Virus record (IMG/VR): IMGVR_UViG_3300043464_001630 | Span: 172,392 to 236,391 of that record | Length of the DNA: 64,000 nt | Reading direction: 5' to 3' (one strand) | Shown here: piece after piece, positions 1 through 8,741 of the stretch | Layout: each line of letters opens with the position of its first letter | Position numbering within the stretch: the stretch's first letter is position 1 | The notes under the pieces: model-generated | The model's input: the letters and a program-made list of their open reading frames with translations, nothing else | What the model was told of the DNA's origin: nothing | Database searches by the model: none | Made by a program: the position numbers and the translations under genes

Positions 1-243
1 TGTAAAATATGTAATAAAAATTTTGACAATCATCATCAGTTGAACGGACATAAACAAACACACAAGAAATCCAAAAAACAGATATTATATGAATTAAGCC
101 CTAAACCATGTAAAGAATGTAATGAATATATTTCGTGGAAATCTTTTAGGACAAAAACATCTATAGAATTTTGTTGTGTTTCGTGTAGAGCAAAGTTTTT
201 TTATAAAAAAGCACAAATTGTTGGAGAAAATTCCACACTCTAG
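1..243 (+). CDS. 5'-truncated zinc-finger protein (C2H2 finger plus CxxC..CCxxC finger), resembling homing-endonuclease-associated DNA-binding modules
   Basis: The frame is open from base 1. CKICNKNFDNHHQLNGHKQTH fits CxxC-x3-F-x5-L-x2-H-x3-H, followed by CKEC...FCCVSC. Confidence 0.6.
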   Translation, partial: CKICNKNFDNHHQLNGHKQTHKKSKKQILYELSPKPCKECNEYISWKSFRTKTSIEFCCVSCRAKFFYKKAQIVGENSTL

Positions 244-258
244 ACTAAATACTTATAG

Positions 259-1497
259 ATGCCATTAATCTATAAAAGTTATAAAGTAGAATTAGACCCG
301 ACCAATGTTCAAATCACTAACATGAAAAAGAACATTGGTGCGGCTAGGTTTGCTTATAACTGGGGCTTGCGTAAGAAGATAGAGGCATACGAACAAAAAA
401 ACAAAACCCCTTATTATAATGATCTTCATAAAGAATTAAATTCTATGAAGAAAAGTGAAATTACTTGGGCGTATGAATGTTCTAAGTGTTCTTTTCAAGA
501 AGCATTGGTAGATTTAGATAGAGCTTTTGATAATTTTTTTTCTAATTGTAAAAAAGGACTCAAAGGCAAGAAAGGGTTCCCCAAGTTCAAATCTAAAAGA
601 AATGATAAACAAACGTTCAGATTGTTCGGTTCGATTAGCATTAAAGAAAATGCAATCAAATTACCAAGAATCGGAAAAGTTAAATTAAAAGAAACCGATT
701 ATATTCCTAAAGATATTAGAATTAAGCAAGCCACAGTATCTAAAAAGTCTGGTAGATGGTTTGTGTCGGTTCTGACCGAAATGGAATATGACTCATTATT
801 ACAAAACAATAAAATAGTCGGTGTTGATTTAGGTATTAAAACGCTTGCTACTTGTTCAGATGGAACAACGTTTAATAATCCTAAAGCTCTCAAAAACAAT
901 TTAAACAATTTAAAATATCAACAAAGAAAACTTAGTAAAAAAGTTAAAAATAGTAAAAATTATGAAAAACAAAAATTAAAATTACAAAAGATACATTATA
1001 GAATCTCAAATATTAGAAAAGACAGCTTACATAAAGCGACTTCGAAAATTATTAGCGATAACCAAGTAATAGTTTTAGAAGACTTAAAAGTTTCTAATAT
1101 GATGAAGAATCACAAATTAGCACAAGCCACTAGTGATGTTGGATATTATGAATTTCGCAGACAGATTGAATACAAAGCTAAATGGAACAACAGACAAGTT
1201 ATATTCGTTGATCAATTCTTTCCATCTAGTAAATTATGTTCGTCTTGTGGTAATAAGAAAGAAGATTTAAAGTTGACAGATAGAACTTATAAATGCGATT
1301 GTGGTTTAGAAATGGATAGAGATCTTAATGCATCTAAAAACTTAGAACAATTTTATACTGGGAGTTTCTCAGGAATTAACGCTTGTGGAGATGAGAGGTT
1401 CATCAAGGAAACGAAAGTTTCTAAGAGGTGCTCGTCGGTGAAGCAAGAATCTAACAAAAAGACTAGAGAATATACCATTAAAAAGGTTAGACTTTAG
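259..1497 (+). CDS. tnpB: TnpB RNA-guided endonuclease (IS200/IS605/IS607 OrfB)
   Basis: N-terminal GAARFAYNWGL, FPKFKSK, RuvC motifs GVDLG / VLEDL / DRDLNAS and Zn ribbon CSSCG..CDCG. Confidence 0.95.
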   Translation: MPLIYKSYKVELDPTNVQITNMKKNIGAARFAYNWGLRKKIEAYEQKNKTPYYNDLHKELNSMKKSEITWAYECSKCSFQEALVDLDRAFDNFFSNCKKGLKGKKGFPKFKSKRNDKQTFRLFGSISIKENAIKLPRIGKVKLKETDYIPKDIRIKQATVSKKSGRWFVSVLTEMEYDSLLQNNKIVGVDLGIKTLATCSDGTTFNNPKALKNNLNNLKYQQRKLSKKVKNSKNYEKQKLKLQKIHYRISNIRKDSLHKATSKIISDNQVIVLEDLKVSNMMKNHKLAQATSDVGYYEFRRQIEYKAKWNNRQVIFVDQFFPSSKLCSSCGNKKEDLKLTDRTYKCDCGLEMDRDLNASKNLEQFYTGSFSGINACGDERFIKETKVSKRCSSVKQESNKKTREYTIKKVRL

Positions 1498-1521
1498 AAT
1501 TTTGTAAGTTTAGAAGAACGG
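1355..1521 (+). ncRNA. Probable omega/reRNA scaffold and IS607-like right end overlapping the tnpB 3' end
   Basis: ACGCTTGTGGAG...GAAGCAAGAA...GTAAGTTTAGAAGAACGG resembles TnpB right-end RNAs ending in GG. Boundaries are approximate. Confidence 0.55.
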
Positions 1522-1736
1522 AATGGAACCCCGCGATTCAAGATATCAAATCACATGAAATTGATCCTTCATGGGTGGCGGGTTTGATGTACTTGATTTT
1601 TGATCGATATCTATCTAGTGTTTCTGATTCAAAGCAACTAGAATTCTCTAAAGAAGTTTTTCGTTGGCTTTCAGTCATGAAGAAAGATGGTGGTAATTAC
1701 GTCGAGACGAAACTACCACCATTCGATGATTTCTAA
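1521..1736 (+). pseudogene. Start-less 3' portion of a gene interrupted by the TnpB element (possible exon 2)
   Basis: About 70 open codons EWNPAIQDIKSHEID...KLPPFDDF* begin at the predicted element end. An in-frame stop lies at 1488-1490. Confidence 0.5.
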
Positions 1737-4700
1737 GAACTTCTAGTACACTTCAATGATATTGTTAAACTACCAGCATTATCATTTGAAGTAACTACGA
1801 ATTGTAGATAAGAATCAGCAGGAATTGCAGTAACCCAGCCAGTCATGGTAGTTGAAGATGCCTTGGTTGTATTTACCAAAGCTGGTTGGTTTGATAATCC
1901 TGATATTACCGTATAAGTAGGATGGCTTGCAAAATTAGAAGTTAATACTTGAACAATTGAATTTGTTGGTTGGTTTGCTAGTAAAGTCCATGATAATATT
2001 TTAGTATTATATGGTATTTGAATATAACCGAAAGCATTTTCTTGTACTAAACTCGAACCTCCGTCAAATATAAAGTTTATTTGAGCAGGAATAGGAGTAA
2101 TGTTAAAAATATTAGATCCGTCACCATAGAAAGTTCCGCTAATATTTGGTGAACTTACAGAAGTATTGAATGTTGCTGTAGTTCCAGTTAATCCACCCGT
2201 TAATACACCACCAGATAATCCAAGTTTTGTAATATCTATTGATGTTAATCCGGTCACGCGAGTACCGTCACCATAAAAAATTCCACTAATGCTTGGAGCA
2301 CTGAGTGAAGTTGTGAAAATTGCAGTGGTTCCAGTTAACCCACCTGTTAATACTCCTCCAGCTAATGGTAGCTTACTACCGTCTATTCCAGATACACCAG
2401 TCAATCTGCTTCCATTTCCATAAAAAGCACCACTGAGATTAGGAGCACTAAGTGAAGTGGTAAACAATCCGACAGTTCCAGTTAATCCACCCGTTAATAC
2501 ACCACCAGATAAAGCAAGTTTGCTAATATCTATTGATGTTAATCCAGTCACGCGAGTACCGTCACCATAAAAAATTCCACTAATACTAGGAGCACTGAGT
2601 GAAGTTGTGAAAATTGCAGTGGTTCCGGTCAGACCTCCTGTTAATACTCCACCAGCTAATGGTAGTTTGCTACCATCAATTCCAGACACACTAGTCAATC
2701 CACTTCCGTTTCCATAAAAAACACCACTGAGATTAGGAGCACTGAGTGAAGTTGTAAACAATCCGACAGTTCCGGTTAATGTACCAGTTAATGCTCCACC
2801 TGATAATGGAAGTTTTGTTGGGTCTGCTGCTAATGCAATTCCTGATGTTGTTATTGATGATTTTACCCAAGTATTTGGAGCAGTACAAACATAAAAGAAA
2901 GTGGAATCGTACGCTACTTGTCCTGCTAATCCATAAGATGAACTAGTTGCGGGAGCAGATACAAACGCAACGTTCGTAGTTCTGGCACTATTAGCACCAG
3001 AAGTAGTAAGATACATGAAATTACCATCCCATTCTACAGAATTCTGAACTGGTGTGGTTAATAACGTACCTGCTTGGAATCTTAAAGGTGCTGTAGTTGT
3101 GCTTCCAACTGCTAAAGTTTGTGTGCTTGTAAATGTATTTGCGAATAATACTGCGTTTGTATTGCCTCTTGCATAAGCTTGAGTTATTGTCAAAGCCGTA
3201 GTTCCCACTACAATATCAGAAGTTCCTCCACCAGTCGAAGTATTACATGCGTAAATAAATCCATGCGAAGAAGTTCCTTTTGAAACACTGAACATTGTAC
3301 CGTTACGTACAGTTCCTTTATAAAAAGAAGGACGTTCTAATACTGCTTGTATTCCGACTCCTCCGACATTTATTACTTTCCAAGGTCCATTTTGTGCTTG
3401 ATTGGTTTGCGAAACAAATAAAATAATATCTCCTACAGATGGAGTAACACCTTCTACCACAGCTAATGCACCCGGATTGGTATATGTAAATACATCAGAT
3501 ACTACACTTCCTGCTTGATTGGTAGGGTTTCTTAATGTTACGAAATAATGAGGAACATTCGTTCCGTTAGAAACATCTCCATAAAATGTTCCGCTAATAC
3601 TTTGAGCACTAATATTATTAAATAATGCACTAGTACCAGTTACTCCACCAGTTAATGTTCCACCACTTAATGGTAATTTATTAAAATCTGTTGCTAATAT
3701 ATTTGTTAATCCAGTTCCATCACCAAAGAAAGAACCGCTAAGATTTGGTGCGCTTAATGAAGTTGTGAATAATCCTACAGTTCCTGTTAATGATCCTGTT
3801 AAGTTTCCACCTACTAATGGAAGTTTTGAGACGTCTATTCCAGAAACGCCAGTTAGTCCGCTTCCATTACCAAAGAAAGATCCACTAATACTAGCAGAAC
3901 TTAATGAAGTTGTGAATAATCCTACAGTTCCTGTTAAGGAACCAGTTAATATTCCTCCACTTAATGGGAGTTTACTGGAATCCGTTCCTACTATATTCGT
4001 TAAAAGGCTACCGTCTCCACGGAATTTATCTGCCCAAATATCATGCTTTGCACTGATTTCACCGTTAACAGTTAATTCTTTATTTGGTTCGGATTCTCTA
4101 ACACCAACTCTACCATCATTGCCAATGTGGAAAACTTCACCATAATCTTGATCATAAAACGAAGCAATATCATATGCGCCACTTGTTTGGAAAACGTATA
4201 AGGCAGGTCCAGCACCATAATTAATAACACTTAATGCACTTGTAGTGGTGAATACAGTGTTCACAAACGTAGCACTACTTAATGCGGTTAATGCCCCATT
4301 AATAATTAAATTTCCGTCTATTCTACCACCAGTTAATGCAAGTTTTGAACTATCAATTCCAATTAGATTAGTCAAACCACTTCCATCACCATAAAATGTT
4401 CCACTTAAATTTGGAGCACTTAATGATGTAGTAAATAATCCTTCAGTTCCTGTTAATGATCCAGTTAATACACCTCCTGCTAATGAAAGTTTACTTCCGT
4501 CTATTCCAGAAACACCCGTTAACCTGCTACCATCTCCATAAAATGATCCACTTAAACTAGGAGCACTTAGAGATATTGTAAATAACCCACTAGTACCAGT
4601 TAATCCATCTGTTAATGTTCCTCCTGATAAAGGTAATTTTCCATTATCAATTCCAATTAGATTAGTTAAACCACTACCATCTCCGTAAAATGATCCACTT

Positions 4701-5710
4701 AAACTAGGAGCACTTAATGAAATAGTAAACAATCCTTCGGTTCCTGTTAGTGCTCCTGTAAGTTCACCACCAGATAATTGCAATGCATCAGAATTAATAC
4801 CAACAATACCACTCAATCCACTTCCATCTCCATAAAAAGTTCCGCTTATATTAGGAGCACTCAATGAAACTGTAAACAAACCTTCGGTTCCTGTTAATGC
4901 TCCAGTTAATTCTCCACCAGATAATGGCAACTTATCATTACTCGTAATAGCAATACCACTTAAATTACTTCCGTCACCATAAAATGTTCCACTTAAACTA
5001 GGAGCACTTAATGAAATAGTAAATAATCCTTCAGTTCCAGTTAATGCTCCGGTAAGTTCACCACCAGATAATGACAACTTATCATTATCAATACCAAAAA
5101 TACCACTTAGTCCACTTCCATCTCCATAAAAAGTTCCGCTTATATTAGGAGCACTAAGAGATGTAGTGAATAATCCTTCTGTTCCTGTTAATCCTCCTGT
5201 TAGTACACCACCAGCTAGTGGTAACTTATCAATATCGATACCAGAAATTCCAGACAATTTACTTCCGTCTCCGTAAAATGTTCCGCTTAAACTAGGAGCA
5301 CTTAATGAAACTGTAAATAATCCTTCGGTTCCTGTTAATGCTCCAGTTAGTTCACCGCCAGATAATGGCAATTTTGTGGTATCAGTACCGAATACTCCGG
5401 TTAAACCACTGCCATCACCATAAAAAGTTCCACTTAAATTCGGAGCACTTAATGATATGGTAAATAATCCTTCGGTTCCTGTCAATGCTCCAGTTAATTC
5501 TCCACCAGATAATGGTAATTTTGTAATATCCGTTCCAAATACTTGAGTTAATTGGCTACCAATTCCGATAAATTCATAAGCTGTTACATTTTGCGTAAAC
5601 AATCCTTCGGTAGCTGACAAAAGATTATGAGAATAAACATTATCCCAATACGAATCTTTACCAGATGTAGTTCCTGAAATATTTTCGGAAGGTGCTAAAA
5701 AGCGAGACAT
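1733..5710 (-). CDS. Long tail-fibre-like protein with 16 copies of a 49-aa repeat
   Basis: Repeat KLPLSGGxLTGxLTGTxGLFTxSLSAPxLSGTFYGDGSGLT; fibre domains GDIILFVSQTNQAQNGPW and GQVAYDSTFFYVC. Start placed at ATG 5710 by the TAAATA box. Confidence 0.8.
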   Translation of the reverse strand: MSRFLAPSENISGTTSGKDSYWDNVYSHNLLSATEGLFTQNVTAYEFIGIGSQLTQVFGTDITKLPLSGGELTGALTGTEGLFTISLSAPNLSGTFYGDGSGLTGVFGTDTTKLPLSGGELTGALTGTEGLFTVSLSAPSLSGTFYGDGSKLSGISGIDIDKLPLAGGVLTGGLTGTEGLFTTSLSAPNISGTFYGDGSGLSGIFGIDNDKLSLSGGELTGALTGTEGLFTISLSAPSLSGTFYGDGSNLSGIAITSNDKLPLSGGELTGALTGTEGLFTVSLSAPNISGTFYGDGSGLSGIVGINSDALQLSGGELTGALTGTEGLFTISLSAPSLSGSFYGDGSGLTNLIGIDNGKLPLSGGTLTDGLTGTSGLFTISLSAPSLSGSFYGDGSRLTGVSGIDGSKLSLAGGVLTGSLTGTEGLFTTSLSAPNLSGTFYGDGSGLTNLIGIDSSKLALTGGRIDGNLIINGALTALSSATFVNTVFTTTSALSVINYGAGPALYVFQTSGAYDIASFYDQDYGEVFHIGNDGRVGVRESEPNKELTVNGEISAKHDIWADKFRGDGSLLTNIVGTDSSKLPLSGGILTGSLTGTVGLFTTSLSSASISGSFFGNGSGLTGVSGIDVSKLPLVGGNLTGSLTGTVGLFTTSLSAPNLSGSFFGDGTGLTNILATDFNKLPLSGGTLTGGVTGTSALFNNISAQSISGTFYGDVSNGTNVPHYFVTLRNPTNQAGSVVSDVFTYTNPGALAVVEGVTPSVGDIILFVSQTNQAQNGPWKVINVGGVGIQAVLERPSFYKGTVRNGTMFSVSKGTSSHGFIYACNTSTGGGTSDIVVGTTALTITQAYARGNTNAVLFANTFTSTQTLAVGSTTTAPLRFQAGTLLTTPVQNSVEWDGNFMYLTTSGANSARTTNVAFVSAPATSSSYGLAGQVAYDSTFFYVCTAPNTWVKSSITTSGIALAADPTKLPLSGGALTGTLTGTVGLFTTSLSAPNLSGVFYGNGSGLTSVSGIDGSKLPLAGGVLTGGLTGTTAIFTTSLSAPSISGIFYGDGTRVTGLTSIDISKLALSGGVLTGGLTGTVGLFTTSLSAPNLSGAFYGNGSRLTGVSGIDGSKLPLAGGVLTGGLTGTTAIFTTSLSAPSISGIFYGDGTRVTGLTSIDITKLGLSGGVLTGGLTGTTATFNTSVSSPNISGTFYGDGSNIFNITPIPAQINFIFDGGSSLVQENAFGYIQIPYNTKILSWTLLANQPTNSIVQVLTSNFASHPTYTVISGLSNQPALVNTTKASSTTMTGWVTAIPADSYLQFVVTSNDNAGSLTISLKCTRSS
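2110..5525 (-). repeat. 147-bp coding tandem repeats in three blocks (8+3+5), including a recent 294-bp duplication
   Basis: GTCACGCGAGTACCGTCACCATAAAAAATTCCACTAAT occurs at 2253 and 2547. Confidence 0.9.
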
Positions 5711-5766
5711 AAAATTATTTATCAAATCTTAAATGATTAACTCATTTGAATTTGTGATTTTCGGAT

Positions 5767-6441
5767 TTATCCCACAACTATAATTTTATATGCAGTCAGA
5801 CCGGGTACTTCTGAAAATTCTACTGTAATTTCATTAAAATTAGTATATGTAACTAATGGATAAACAACTTCAAAAGTATTTGTATTAATAACAGTACTCA
5901 CTACGTCTTGAACGTCAAGATCATGATTGATGGTATACACAGTGTCGGTATCATTTCCAAATGCAGAAACAAATTTAGTAACATTACGATCTCCGAAAAT
6001 TCTTCCAGTTGCTGAAATATCACCAATAACTGTTAATTTTTTATTTGGTTCTTTGGTTCCAATCCCCACAAATCCGGGTCTGGAAGAATTTCCATCTACC
6101 CAAAGTGCGATATTAGAATCATCATAAAAAGCGGCAATTGCTTCTTCTCCGATCTGTACTCCCACCACTGCGGGACCAGTCCCCATATTGACCACACTCA
6201 ATGCACTTGATGTGGTGAACGTGGTATTAACAAAATTAGAACTCCCCGCAACAGTTAATGTTCCTGTAATATAAGTATCTCCAGAAACATATAGTGTTTT
6301 AGTAGGATCTGGATTCATCGTTGAACTCAAGACACCCAAGGCTAAATTATTAGCCATCAAATTATCAGTTACATATACATCTCCAGAAGCCGTTAGAGAA
6401 TTATAAACTACTACATCTTGAAGAATTCTTAAATTTGACAT
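5767..6441 (-). CDS. Fibre-associated virion protein
   Basis: Shares FVNTxFTTxSALSV and GIGTKEPNKKLTV modules with the 1330-aa fibre, and a C-terminal H(D/N)L domain with the next two ORFs. Confidence 0.65.
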   Translation of the reverse strand: MSNLRILQDVVVYNSLTASGDVYVTDNLMANNLALGVLSSTMNPDPTKTLYVSGDTYITGTLTVAGSSNFVNTTFTTSSALSVVNMGTGPAVVGVQIGEEAIAAFYDDSNIALWVDGNSSRPGFVGIGTKEPNKKLTVIGDISATGRIFGDRNVTKFVSAFGNDTDTVYTINHDLDVQDVVSTVINTNTFEVVYPLVTYTNFNEITVEFSEVPGLTAYKIIVVG

Positions 6442-6467
6442 ATATCTTATTATTTAATGCTTTTAGC

Positions 6468-7403
6468 TTATGCGAACATAACCACTTTATAATCTTGTCC
6501 AACTGTTAAGTTATTTGGAAATTGTATGGTGGTATTATTCGAATCTACATTCTTAGATGAAACAAACACTAATTCATCAGTTGTTATATCATATACACTA
6601 ATAATAATGTTTTTTGTGTTTAAATTGTGATTGAGATGATAAGTTCTTGTCATATTATCACCTAATATATCAAATGTTAATTTAGAAACTAGTTCTCTTC
6701 CTTGGGTATCTGTGATTTCGTTAGCTACAACAGTTTGTGTTACGGTAAGATTTCCGTCCATTGTACCACCATTGGCATATTGAACGGCATTTGTACCGCC
6801 ACCACTTTCAGCAAAACGTAGACTTTCTCTACGAGCAATTTTTTCTGCTATTTCTATAAAACTTTTTTTGAAATTACTAGTATATGCTTCGAAAAATTTC
6901 TCTATTTTCTTGTCGCTTCTGTCGGTTAATAGTAGTTCGTGAAATAATTCTTCGGTGTTTTCTTTAATTAGTTTTTTAATTAATCCGTTTTTAGATTCTT
7001 TTTGTATTAATTTTTTGAGTTCGGTTTTTGTTGGATTTTCCGCTGGTTTGTTTGTTGATAATTGTTCTTTAACTACTGTTCTTTTGTTAATTACTGGAGT
7101 TTTATTCTCAATGATAGCTGAATTTCTTCGGTTTAAACTATTTTGATTTATTTTAACTACGTTTTCTTTTGTTAATTGAAACTTTACATTTTTAAAAACT
7201 GTATTATTAATTGTTACGTCTAATTCCACAACAGGAAGCCCGTTCTTTTCTTCTTTTTTCTCTTTTATTATTTGATATTGAGGGGTTTTAATTTCAAAAA
7301 CATCAAAATACACTTCATCTATAGAATCAAATCCCAACATATTCACTCCTTCATAAGTGAATTGGCAATTATTAATCTCTTGACCTTCTAAAGATACTTT
7401 CAT
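6468..7403 (-). CDS. Virion-associated protein, paralogue of 7440-8450
   Basis: Shared ESGGGTNAVQYANGGTMxGNLTV motif and C-terminal domain; TAAATA box upstream. Confidence 0.65.
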   Translation of the reverse strand: MKVSLEGQEINNCQFTYEGVNMLGFDSIDEVYFDVFEIKTPQYQIIKEKKEEKNGLPVVELDVTINNTVFKNVKFQLTKENVVKINQNSLNRRNSAIIENKTPVINKRTVVKEQLSTNKPAENPTKTELKKLIQKESKNGLIKKLIKENTEELFHELLLTDRSDKKIEKFFEAYTSNFKKSFIEIAEKIARRESLRFAESGGGTNAVQYANGGTMDGNLTVTQTVVANEITDTQGRELVSKLTFDILGDNMTRTYHLNHNLNTKNIIISVYDITTDELVFVSSKNVDSNNTTIQFPNNLTVGQDYKVVMFA

Positions 7404-7439
7404 TTAAAACTATTTAGGCAAAATAAGAGAAAAAACCAC

Positions 7440-8450
7440 TTAACAAAATAAAATTACTCTGTAATTCTCTTCTACTCGTAGATCATTTGGAAATGTTATT
7501 CGAGTATTATTAAGATCTATATTAGTACTGGAAACAAACACCAATTGATAATTACTCATATCATAAACATTTATTAAAATGTCTCTTGTGTTGAAATCGT
7601 GAGTAAGTGTGAATGTATTATTAGAACCATTTCCCAATACATCGAAAGTTTTTTTATGAACTAATTGTCTACCTGTGGTATCTATTACAGTTTCGGCAAC
7701 TATTTGATTGGTTACGGTTAAATTTCCGTTCATTGTGCCTCCGTTGGCATATTGCACGGCATTTGTACCGCCTCCACTTTCCATTGCTCTTGCAAATTGA
7801 GTATTTTTTACTTTTTCAATAATTTGATTGAATTCTTTCTTCATTGCATCAGCATGATAGTTAAAGAATTTCTTAACTCTTGGATCGTCTTTTTTCTTTT
7901 CTAATAAATCAAAAAATTTAGTATCTTCTTGTGTTTCTTCTGCATCTTCTTGTATTTTTTCGTTAGTAGAAGATTTAATATTATCTATATATTTTTCAGT
8001 ATTTTCTTTTTCTGGAATTTCTGGTGCTTTTTGAACTTTATCAAAAACTTTAGGTGCTATACTGACTGAAGTTTCTTTGGGTTCTTCGAGATTTGTCTTT
8101 TTAACAGAATTTGGTTTTTTACTGACTGGTAAAGATACTGGTTTTTGATAAGAAATTGATTTTTTTGGTTTATTTTGGGTGCTTGTAAAATTTTCTTCAA
8201 ATTCTTCGGAAGAAATGTGATCAAGTGGAACTAATTTATTTGTGTTTTCTAAAATAATGAACTTTTTGTTATTTACTTTGATAACTTCTTTGTTTTTCCA
8301 ATATCCAATCTTTTCTGATACTAATAAATTAGATCCTTTACTAATATAATATTTTCCATCTAATAGTTTGTAACTATAACTATCATCTTTGTTTTTATTT
8401 TCTTTAAAAAGCAATGTTTTTGCTAAATGCTTTGCAAGAATGTCATCCAT
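7440..8450 (-). CDS. Virion-associated protein, paralogue of 6468-7403
   Basis: Same C-terminal region of about 130 aa; TAAATA box upstream. Confidence 0.65.
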   Translation of the reverse strand: MDDILAKHLAKTLLFKENKNKDDSYSYKLLDGKYYISKGSNLLVSEKIGYWKNKEVIKVNNKKFIILENTNKLVPLDHISSEEFEENFTSTQNKPKKSISYQKPVSLPVSKKPNSVKKTNLEEPKETSVSIAPKVFDKVQKAPEIPEKENTEKYIDNIKSSTNEKIQEDAEETQEDTKFFDLLEKKKDDPRVKKFFNYHADAMKKEFNQIIEKVKNTQFARAMESGGGTNAVQYANGGTMNGNLTVTNQIVAETVIDTTGRQLVHKKTFDVLGNGSNNTFTLTHDFNTRDILINVYDMSNYQLVFVSSTNIDLNNTRITFPNDLRVEENYRVILFC

Positions 8451-8475
8451 CTTAGTATTTAATAAAAATAAAAAA

Positions 8476-8510
8476 ATTATCTCCTACCAGCGAACCAGTA
8501 GGAGATAATT
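8476..8510 (-). terminator. Intrinsic terminator
   Basis: ATTATCTCCTAC/GTAGGAGATAAT hairpin with an A-run on its left (U-run on the minus strand). Confidence 0.75.
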
Positions 8511-8536
8511 AGGTTTAGGTTTTGTTTGTTTGGTTT

Positions 8537-8728
8537 TTAGAAACCAATAAGCACTGCGAAGTTTCTTGCTTTACCTATTATTAATGCATCTAATAAGAAA
8601 CCTTCGGGGCTTCCGTTGTACCAATAATTCAGAGCACCTATAGGAGCTTCGGGAGTACTTTTAATCAAGGTGGTTGATACACCTTCATACCAATAAGTTA
8701 ATTTTCCGTTGGGATTTTGATTAGCCAT
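8537..8728 (-). CDS. Small hypothetical protein with a duplicated LxYWY motif
   Basis: Sits in the operon between larger ORFs; internal repeat. Confidence 0.6.
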   Translation of the reverse strand: MANQNPNGKLTYWYEGVSTTLIKSTPEAPIGALNYWYNGSPEGFLLDALIIGKARNFAVLIGF

Positions 8729-8741
8729 AATTTTTTATTTT

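Noticed and set aside
223-1521. GG at 223-224 as the left end of the TnpB element
   Set aside because: Joining it to the right end gives a frame that stops after about 12 codons, not the long downstream frame. The left end more likely lies outside the window.
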